Shown: piece after piece, positions 18,874 through 25,010 of the stretch | How the letters are laid out: every line of letters starts with the position of its first letter | Position numbering within the stretch: position 1 is the first letter of the stretch | Source of the DNA: an uncultured virus (IMG/VR IMGVR_UViG_3300047295_000025) | Taxonomy: Duplodnaviria > Heunggongvirae > Uroviricota > Caudoviricetes > Schitoviridae | Direction: 5' to 3' (one strand) | DNA: 64,000 nt | IMG/VR virus record: IMGVR_UViG_3300047295_000025 | The notes under the pieces: model-generated | Seen by the model: the letters and a program-made list of their open reading frames with translations, nothing else | Told to the model about the DNA's origin: nothing | The model's database searches: none | Translations under genes and position numbers: made by a program

Positions 18874-19400
18874 GCGAGCGTCTCCCCGAACTTCATCAGC
18901 CTGTCGAGGTCACCTGCCTTGGCGAGGTTGAAGACAGGTATGTTGTAGCGAGCAGCGATTTTGGTCGTGTGCTCGGTTCCGCCGGAGCCGGTGGAGTAGC
19001 AGATCCCGAACTCGACAGGCGTGGAGAGATCTTCGCCCATGATGATGGGCACATTGCGGGTCAGCAGCTGCTTGGCAGCAGGATTACAGACACCCCAGTT
19101 GCCGTGATGGCGTTCAGCGATGATGGCGTAGTTCTTCTCTTGGGGGTGGCCCAGTGCGATCTTGTAGGGTTCGCCCTTGGGAGCATTGTTGAAGCCCAGC
19201 CAAGGTACCCAGATCTCCATGAGAGCATCAGGGACCAGCTTGGCTCCATCTTCGAAGGCTTGGTCTGCTCCACCTGAGTGCCCAGAGCGGAGGGTGAAGC
19301 CCACCTGAGCGAGAACCTTGGCAAAGTTCCGCATGGTCTGGATGGTCTCAGATGGAGTCTCTCTTGACCCGAAGCCTGCATAGTAGCGAGGGGTGGTCAT
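18870..19400 (-). CDS. SLOG/DprA-like nucleotide-binding protein
   Basis: YAGFGSRETP, LRSGHSGGADQAFE, GGTEHT...IPVFNL. Confidence 0.8.
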   Translation of the reverse strand: MTTPRYYAGFGSRETPSETIQTMRNFAKVLAQVGFTLRSGHSGGADQAFEDGAKLVPDALMEIWVPWLGFNNAPKGEPYKIALGHPQEKNYAIIAERHHGNWGVCNPAAKQLLTRNVPIIMGEDLSTPVEFGICYSTGSGGTEHTTKIAARYNIPVFNLAKAGDLDRLMKFGETLA

Positions 19401-19492
19401 AGTTTAGGTCCTCTTAGCCAGAATGGCCCTGAAAGTTGAACTTAGCTTATAGATAGTTGGATTGTGGTCCGACTACCTTATTAGAGGTAACT

Positions 19493-19600
19493 CTAATTAA
19501 CTGTGGGTGTGGGTTCGACGTGTCGTTCCTGTTGCGATGCTCCGTTGAGAGCTATCACGAACAGTAGAGCGAGTGCGATATTGTTGATGATCTTGGTCAT
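19493..19600 (-). CDS. Small membrane/secreted peptide (35 aa)
   Basis: MTKIINNIALALLFVIALNG... read by hand; ATGA coupling. Confidence 0.5.
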   Translation of the reverse strand: MTKIINNIALALLFVIALNGASQQERHVEPTPTVN

Positions 19601-19818
19601 CCGCTTTGTCCTTTGGTTTGGTGTCCGTGGAAGCGGAACACGAGCACCTCTTCGGTGCATCCTGGGTTACGACAGGGCAGGTAGCCTCGATAATGAGTGC
19701 GACCGCATCCGTCTTTGGAGCCGCCTACGACTTTGCCGTAGAGGCCGTCTCCCCACCAACCACGGTAGGTCGTGTTGTGGCCGAAGACCCTGCACAGCAG
19801 TGGAGTTCGTTTAGCCAT
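19597..19818 (-). CDS. Small Cys/His-containing phage protein
   Basis: LLCRVFGH...CRNPGC; GGAGGA RBS. Confidence 0.7.
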   Translation of the reverse strand: MAKRTPLLCRVFGHNTTYRGWWGDGLYGKVVGGSKDGCGRTHYRGYLPCRNPGCTEEVLVFRFHGHQTKGQSG

Positions 19819-19858
19819 GTGATCCTCCCGGATCTGAGGGGTTGATGAGGGCCAGAAG

Positions 19859-19878
19859 CCCAGAGCTGCGTCAGCAGC
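19859..19878 (-). promoter_or_regulatory. Putative virion-RNAP early promoter (template hairpin) 3
   Basis: Plus strand CC-CAGA-GCTGC-GTCA-GCAGC. Confidence 0.65.
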
Positions 19879-20086
19879 GACGGAGCTTGAAGCTATCGTG
19901 TCCACGCTTACGCATGAGACGCTTAGCGATACGCTTGGCACCTTCGTCCGTGTGAGCACGGATGGGAGTGCTGTCGTATTCGCCCGGGAAACGGGCTGAA
20001 TAGTCCTTCTTCATGTGATTGGTGATCATGAAGCAGACGACAGCAGTGGGCGTGAAGCAGGCGATAGCGATGAGGATGTCGTTCAT
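19871..20086 (-). CDS. Small membrane-anchored protein
   Basis: N-terminal hydrophobic helix, basic tail. Confidence 0.6.
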   Translation of the reverse strand: MNDILIAIACFTPTAVVCFMITNHMKKDYSARFPGEYDSTPIRAHTDEGAKRIAKRLMRKRGHDSFKLRRC

Positions 20087-20112
20087 AGTGCCTATCTATC
20101 CAGTTAAACTGA

Positions 20113-20138
20113 GCGAGGCTCCCCGAAGGGAGCCTCGC
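20113..20138 (-). other. UUCG-capped intercistronic hairpin
   Basis: GCGAGGCTCCC-TTCG-GGGAGCCTCGC; no immediate U-tract. Confidence 0.6.
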
Positions 20139-20143
20139 GTTGG

Positions 20144-20380
20144 TTAGGTGGCCTTGCTGATGACCTTGAGGTACGCAGCACGGACACGGGGTGACATAGC
20201 GTTGAAGGATGAGATCATCCGTTCAAGCTGCTGCTGTTCGAAGGGGAACAGCTTCTGTTTGGCTCGTGGGCTGGGTGCCTTGAGAGCTGACAGAGATGGG
20301 ACGCCATAGGCCGATAGAGGCCGTGGCTTCTCCTTAACCACCGTGGTGGTCGCAGTAGGTTGCGAGCCTTGCTCAGTCAC
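20144..20380 (-). CDS. Hypothetical early protein
   Basis: 78-aa ORF, GTGA coupling. Confidence 0.6.
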   Translation of the reverse strand: MTEQGSQPTATTTVVKEKPRPLSAYGVPSLSALKAPSPRAKQKLFPFEQQQLERMISSFNAMSPRVRAAYLKVISKAT

Positions 20381-20568
20381 TGAGTGGTCTTCGCAGCTTT
20401 GTCGAACTTGTACGGGTTCTTCGAGCGAGTGCCCGGACCCGACAGACGACGGTTGTGGATGATGAGATCCTCAGCCTTTAGCTCGGTGGGATCGGTGACA
20501 CCACGACGAGTCATGATGGTCTGGTAGGCAGCAGGGCCTTTCGGCTTCTCGTGTTTGGCAGATGCCAT
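20377..20568 (-). CDS. Small basic early protein
   Basis: 63-aa ORF with AGGA RBS. Confidence 0.65.
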   Translation of the reverse strand: MASAKHEKPKGPAAYQTIMTRRGVTDPTELKAEDLIIHNRRLSGPGTRSKNPYKFDKAAKTTQ

Positions 20569-20615
20569 GTTCAGTGTCCTGTGAATGAAGGGTTGTTGGT
20601 GGTTGGTTCAGTGAC

Positions 20616-20855
20616 TCAGGCGTGGCCGAGCTTGCGAGCACGCTTGGTGGCACGGCGACGATAGGCCTTGCGAGCATTGGCCTTGACGGATTGACCGTGA
20701 CGGCCACCGTTCATTGCCTTCTTCAGGGCACTGATGCCCTCTCTGGGGTTGATCAGAGAGAGACCAGCATTGGATGTGGTCGCTTCATTGTGGTTGGCAA
20801 TGAAAGCGAATGCAGCAGCGACTGCGGTGAGGTGATAGACTCCACGGCTACGCAT
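20616..20855 (-). CDS. Small basic early protein with hydrophobic N-terminus
   Basis: GGAGGA RBS; Arg/Lys-rich tail. Confidence 0.65.
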   Translation of the reverse strand: MRSRGVYHLTAVAAAFAFIANHNEATTSNAGLSLINPREGISALKKAMNGGRHGQSVKANARKAYRRRATKRARKLGHA

Positions 20856-20884
20856 GGTGGTCCTCCATTGATGATGGGTGAGAT

Positions 20885-20923
20885 GAAAAGAAGAACCCTT
20901 AACCTACGCGGGTCAAGGGTTCT
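20885..20923 (-). terminator. Terminator downstream of gp2
   Basis: AGAACCCTTGACC/GGTTAAGGGTTCT followed by TCTTTT. Confidence 0.75.
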
Positions 20924-21071
20924 GGTTCGTAGTGATGGTGCAGAGCAGAGCTACTAGGGAGTGCTCGTGCCGTCCATGCAAGCATGGTGGGTCAATGAGC
21001 ACTCCCGTTCACTAGGGTGGGACTTACAGCTGTGCGTAGGACGTGTCCTAGTCAGCCAACCCACGGGTTGG

Positions 21072-21482
21072 TCAGCCAGCAGCCGGAGCGGACAGCAGGT
21101 TGACGATGGAGTAGGCGTTGTCGCCCGAGGCCACGACTTCGTTGTCGTCGTTGACCCGACGGACCTGCACTTGCAGGTTGACGAGCGTGTCTTCGCCCGG
21201 GTTCAGCTGGAGGCCAGCTGCGATCAGGGCTTCCAGCAGCTCGTTCCGAGCCTGTTGGAACGACACATAGTCGGCGTTCTGGCCACGGGTGGAGACAGGC
21301 TCCTGGGTGTCCAGCGGGATGCCGGTCGGAAGCGAGACGAACTTGGCAGTGTCGCCTTCACCAGCCCACATGCCGACGTTCAGCCACAGTTGGGCCTTGG
21401 GACGGTCAGCAGCGGGAGTGTTGGAGCGAGCACCCGAGCGAGGAGCAGCGGTGCCAGCGGCGCGCGAAGCGATGTTGAGCAT
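21072..21482 (-). CDS. ssDNA-binding RNAPII coactivator (N4 gp2 / Drc-like)
   Basis: RPKAQLWLNVG, FVSLPTGIPLDT, ARNELLEAL...LNPGE; directly after an early promoter. Confidence 0.82.
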   Translation of the reverse strand: MLNIASRAAGTAAPRSGARSNTPAADRPKAQLWLNVGMWAGEGDTAKFVSLPTGIPLDTQEPVSTRGQNADYVSFQQARNELLEALIAAGLQLNPGEDTLVNLQVQVRRVNDDNEVVASGDNAYSIVNLLSAPAAG

Positions 21483-21535
21483 GGGAATAGTCCTTTGGTT
21501 TTGGAGTTGCAGTGGTCCTCACAAGCGAGAACTCA

Positions 21536-21555
21536 CCAAAAGGCGCGTCAGCGCC
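21536..21555 (-). promoter_or_regulatory. Putative virion-RNAP early promoter 2
   Basis: Plus strand CC-AAAA-GGCGC-GTCA-GCGCC; same layout as N4 P2 (CC-AAAA-5-bp stem). Confidence 0.8.
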
Positions 21556-21572
21556 CGGAATGAGCAGAATGC

Positions 21573-21962
21573 TCAGTAGTCGTAGTCGTAATCCCAGGGA
21601 TCGTAGTCATCCCAAGGATCTTCGTAGTCGTCGATTGGTCCAGTGTAGTCGTCATACTCTTCTGCCCAGTGGGCATCGAGCATGTCCCAGTCGTCATCGC
21701 AGTCGAAGTCTTCGTCATCATTGAAGTCGAAGGCGATGTAAGACCCCTTGATGTACCAAGAGGTCTTGTTGAGGTAGGGATAGATCAGCTCAGGACAGCG
21801 AGTGTCTGGCTTGTTGTTGCGACGGTCGAGCCGTCTATTGTGACGCTTGGCGAAGCGTTTGAAGCCTGTGGTCCAGCCACTAGCCCATCTGCGACCGCCC
21901 TTGTTCAAGGGTTGGTCGCGTCGAGAGTGGCCGCCACGTCCGTCCTTGTAGGACCGGGACAT
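21573..21962 (-). CDS. Early protein: basic N-half, Asp/Tyr/Trp-rich acidic C-half
   Basis: 129-aa ORF with bipartite charge. Confidence 0.65.
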   Translation of the reverse strand: MSRSYKDGRGGHSRRDQPLNKGGRRWASGWTTGFKRFAKRHNRRLDRRNNKPDTRCPELIYPYLNKTSWYIKGSYIAFDFNDDEDFDCDDDWDMLDAHWAEEYDDYTGPIDDYEDPWDDYDPWDYDYDY

Positions 21963-21965
21963 GGC

Positions 21966-22049
21966 TCAGGTGGCCAGATGGAGGATGGCCTGAGGACGGG
22001 TCATGCCGTGAAGCATGAGGAAGGAGATCATTCGTTCGTTACGACGCAT
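21966..22049 (-). CDS. Small peptide (27 aa)
   Basis: MRRNERMISFLMLHGMTRPQAILHLAT; AAGGA RBS. Confidence 0.45.
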   Translation of the reverse strand: MRRNERMISFLMLHGMTRPQAILHLAT

Positions 22050-22101
22050 AGTGGTTGGTCCTTCTGGTTCAGGGTTGATGGTTGAGGATGGATCGAGGCT
22101 G

Positions 22102-22311
22102 TTACCAGCCTGCGATGTAGAAGCCTGTGAGGATACAGGCGAGGCCAGTGCCGAGCAGGACAGCGTAGGTTCCTGCGATCTCGATGTTCATGGTGCTGGC
22201 TGTGAGTGTCCCCAAGAAGGGACGGATGAAGAGGATGCAGCCTGTGATGACTAGGCTGAGGCCTGTGATGAGCTTGGCCCATTCGATGATGGAGATGATG
22301 GTGATGAGCAC
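22102..22311 (-). CDS. Two-TM small membrane protein (paralog B)
   Basis: Two hydrophobic helices; similar to 22318-22527. Confidence 0.7.
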   Translation of the reverse strand: MLITIISIIEWAKLITGLSLVITGCILFIRPFLGTLTASTMNIEIAGTYAVLLGTGLACILTGFYIAGW

Positions 22312-22317
22312 GTTGGT

Positions 22318-22527
22318 TCAGTCTTTCACGTTTGCGATGTGGACGCCTGCAACGATGGTGAGCAGGCCAGTGGTGAGGAGGAGAGCGTAGATCTGGGCCA
22401 GTTCCAAGGACATGGTGGTCGCTCGGATGAGGCCTTCGCAGGGACGATAGAAGAGAGCTGCACCTGCGATGGTGACGGTTAGGCCAACGATAAGTCTGGC
22501 CCACTTAACGATGGTGGAGATGGGCAT
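22318..22527 (-). CDS. Two-TM small membrane protein (paralog A)
   Basis: Two hydrophobic helices; similar to 22102-22311. Confidence 0.7.
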   Translation of the reverse strand: MPISTIVKWARLIVGLTVTIAGAALFYRPCEGLIRATTMSLELAQIYALLLTTGLLTIVAGVHIANVKD

Positions 22528-22533
22528 TGTGGT

Positions 22534-22869
22534 TCAGACCTTGATGTCGAGACGAGCAGCACGCTTGGCATCGTCAGGGTGGATGAGGTGAGGATCAGGA
22601 GTGTTGAGTTCACGGTGAGACGTGAAGTCATCCTGGAATGGTTCATAGACGCTTTCGAGAAGCGTCTCTGGCTCATCCGTGAGGATGGAGACAGCGTGGA
22701 TTGCTGTGTCGTAGATGATGATGAACATCACGACAGCAGGGAGTGCGAGGAAGAGCACGCCTCCGAGGATAGGTCCGAAGGTATCAGATCTGATGCCAGA
22801 GTTGATGGACAGGACTCCCCAAGCCATGAGGGAGAGGCATACGATGATGCCAAGGATTCTGCTGAGCAT
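22534..22869 (-). CDS. Two-TM membrane protein
   Basis: AGGAG RBS; two hydrophobic helices and an acidic tail. Confidence 0.72.
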   Translation of the reverse strand: MLSRILGIIVCLSLMAWGVLSINSGIRSDTFGPILGGVLFLALPAVVMFIIIYDTAIHAVSILTDEPETLLESVYEPFQDDFTSHRELNTPDPHLIHPDDAKRAARLDIKV

Positions 22870-22893
22870 TATTAGTCTCCTGATGTTGGGTTT

Positions 22894-23078
22894 GAGGGAT
22901 TTGTCCTGAGATTTCCTCCAGAGGATTTCTCTGGAGGGATTTGTTTCTGGGGATTTTCCCAGAGGAATTTGTTTTAGGAGATTTGTTCTGAAGATATTCT
23001 TCTGAAAGAACTATCTTAGAACTATCTTTTGTTAACTCTGTAGGGGATTTCTCCCCTACAGAATTTAGGATGAATTTA
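22894..23078. repeat. Degenerate ~14-bp-period GATTT (AAATC) repeat/hairpin array
   Basis: GATTT/AATTT at 22898, 22910, 22924, 22938, 22952, 22966, 22980; AGAACTATCTT twice; nested inverted repeats. Confidence 0.75.
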
Positions 23079-23399
23079 GGTCTTGGGTTCGAACAGTTTC
23101 GAGAGACGTTCGAAGTGTTCGGTGTAGAGATCTTTGCGTTGTTGATTGTCTTTCATCCAGGTGAGAAGCTCTTCTTGACGTTGAGCATTCTCTTGGGATT
23201 TTTCCTCGATGAGGTGCAGACGATAGTCTGCGAGGTCAACAAGTATACGATCTTGTTGTTTGGTACGGTGGGATTGAACGAAGTCGTTCATCATGTGAGC
23301 ACCAGAGGTGATGGTGTTCACGGTGGAGCTGAGTGCCTCAGCGGTTTCGGTAATCATACCGAGTACAGAGCCGGTGGCCTGACGGATGGTGGTGGTCAT
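23076..23399 (-). CDS. N4 gp1-like first early protein
   Basis: 107-aa helical protein directly after the first early promoter. Confidence 0.7.
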   Translation of the reverse strand: MTTTIRQATGSVLGMITETAEALSSTVNTITSGAHMMNDFVQSHRTKQQDRILVDLADYRLHLIEEKSQENAQRQEELLTWMKDNQQRKDLYTEHFERLSKLFEPKT

Positions 23400-23444
23400 G
23401 GTGATGCCCTTGGTTAGTGGTTGGTGATGAGCTTAGTGCTCAGT

Positions 23445-23464
23445 CTGTAAGCCGCGTCAGCGGC
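23445..23464 (-). promoter_or_regulatory. Putative virion-RNAP early promoter 1
   Basis: Plus strand CT-GTAA-GCCGC-GTCA-GCGGC upstream of gp1. Confidence 0.75.
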
Positions 23465-23617
23465 GTAGGTAGGCACAGGTAGCTGAACAAGGGGGTACCC
23501 ATAGGTGTCATCAGTAAGATGACCGGGGGGGTAGCTTGTGTTCCCGGGTGTCCCCGGGTGTAAACCACTGCTCACACAGATATCAAAATCAGGGCAAAAC
23601 CCCTAAATATCAGCGCA

Positions 23618-24031
23618 CTAGCTGGTATATAGAGATTTCTTTGAGGTAACTGGGGCATCCCATGCGAGATGGTCTCCCACAGTGTTCAGTCTGTCGAGAC
23701 TGTCTGCATCTCTGTGGATGATGTACCGGCCCATCTCTGGAGGGATCTGACCGTTGAGACGGTCAATCATGGAGTATCGGCAAGCTTTGATGGCTTCCCT
23801 GAACACCTCTTCCTCTTGCCTGTCGGTCATAGGCATCAGAAGATTGAGGGCTTCATAGACCATCAGCAGCTCTGTGGCTGGCATGAGGTCTGGTGTTCTG
23901 TGCATTTCGAAGAAGGCGAAGACTGTCTTCACAGACATGAAGGCATGATCTCTGCCTTCGAAGTATCGCCTCCCCCTGAACTCACGCTCTATTCTGTCGT
24001 ACCAGCGTTCGGTATCGATGTACCAGCGCAT
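23618..24031 (-). CDS. Hypothetical protein
   Basis: 137-aa ORF, AAGGAG RBS. Confidence 0.7.
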   Translation of the reverse strand: MRWYIDTERWYDRIEREFRGRRYFEGRDHAFMSVKTVFAFFEMHRTPDLMPATELLMVYEALNLLMPMTDRQEEEVFREAIKACRYSMIDRLNGQIPPEMGRYIIHRDADSLDRLNTVGDHLAWDAPVTSKKSLYTS

Positions 24032-24300
24032 GGCTGATCTCCTTGGTTCACCTCGAAGAGGTCGAGTTGTTCTGGGCCATCAGGCCATGAAGGATCGTCT
24101 TCTTTTGCCCACAGCAAGATTGAGGATGCTTGGATAAGGATCTTATTGAGGCGCTGCTCAGCCGTAGGCTCTTCAGGTATGCGGATGGTGCCTGTGCCTT
24201 CGCAGTGGATGCACCGGGGGCGTCTCTGATCTGCATCTAGGAGACCGGGCTTCTTGCCTGTCCCTGAGCAGCGAAGGCAGGTGTGATAGGTATGGGTCAT
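23989..24300 (-). CDS. DnaJ-type zinc-finger-containing protein
   Basis: CLRCSGTG and CIHCEGTG (CxxCxGxG twice); AGGA RBS. Confidence 0.65.
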   Translation of the reverse strand: MTHTYHTCLRCSGTGKKPGLLDADQRRPRCIHCEGTGTIRIPEEPTAEQRLNKILIQASSILLWAKEDDPSWPDGPEQLDLFEVNQGDQPCAGTSIPNAGTTE

Positions 24301-24321
24301 GGTGATCCTATGGGTGAAATC

Positions 24322-24349
24322 AAAAAACCCCGACCCTTTCGGGCCGGGG
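24322..24349 (-). terminator. Terminator of the tRNA cluster
   Basis: CCCCGGCCC-GAAA-GGGTCGGGG-TTTTTT. Confidence 0.85.
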
Positions 24350-24424
24350 CTTCGAAGGATGGAGGTATCAAGCTCCCGGCACCTTCCTGCCGCATCGAAC
24401 TCCATGCAAGCATGGTGTCGAAGA

Positions 24425-24501
24425 TGGCGACCACATCAGGATTCGAACCTGAGACCCTCTGCTTAGAAGGCAGATGCTCTATCCAGCTGAGCTATGTGAT
24501 C
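24425..24501 (-). tRNA. tRNA-Arg(UCU)
   Basis: Canonical cloverleaf GATCACA...TGTGGTC-G-CCA, anticodon arm TCTGC-CTTCTAA-GCAGA, GTTCGAATC T-loop. Confidence 0.95.
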
Positions 24502-24510
24502 TGAAAGAGA

Positions 24511-24646
24511 TGGTGTCGGGGAGCGGCTGGGATTTGAACCCGCGACCTTCAGGGGAGACTTTCCTGACGCTCTATCTGATCACATCGGGATTGGCGTCCC
24601 GAGGGAGGGTGATCAGAAGTCTAGCTGAGCTACGCTTCTACCCGAC
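24511..24646 (-). ncRNA. Atypical tRNA-like RNA (136 nt), CCA-ended, with D-loop hairpin insertion
   Basis: TAGCTCAG...TAGAGC D-arm, TCAGG/CCTGA arm, AGGTC variable loop, GGTTCAAATCC T-arm, GTCGGG/CCCGAC-ACCA end. Confidence 0.75.
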
Positions 24647-24794
24647 GTGTGAGGCGATCCAAGGAAAGGAGCTAAACTCGGACTTCTCACTGAGGCTGTT
24701 CTTAAAGACACCTGCCTCTGGTCTCCCTCCTATCAGCATGATCAGGAGGCTCCGTCCACCCGCGTGGCGTTGTCACCATTGCCATGCGGGTTCG

Positions 24795-24834
24795 TCATCC
24801 GCAAGCACTGCTGTTGCACAGGGCCTGTGGATAA
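24795..24834. promoter_or_regulatory. DnaA-box-like cluster
   Basis: Perfect TTATCCACA (minus, 24826-24834), TGTTGCACA (24812), TCATCCGCA (24795). Confidence 0.4.
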
Positions 24835-25010
24835 TCTGTATGTGATTGTTTTTGTAGGGGTTTTCTCTGTGGGATAGGGCGTAGCCCTATCTCCAGACAT
24901 GGGGGGTCCGTTTCTCTTCTCTACTATTTAGAGAGAGTCCCCTAGACGATTATCTATAAATGACCTAAACCCTAAATCCTCACCACGCAGTGAATGGACC
25001 CGGAGATCGC

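Noticed and set aside
22894..23078. Possible CRISPR mini-array
   Set aside because: Units are ~14 bp and degenerate with no repeat-spacer structure; no cas operon
24511..24646. Y RNA (YrlA), tmRNA or group I intron-containing tRNA
   Set aside because: Arm order is not permuted as in YrlA, there is no tag ORF, and the 43-nt insert is too small for a self-splicing intron
24283..24845. ORFs 24283-24504 and 24474-24845 and the 5' extension of 23989-24405
   Set aside because: They overlap the tRNA, tRNA-like RNA and terminator
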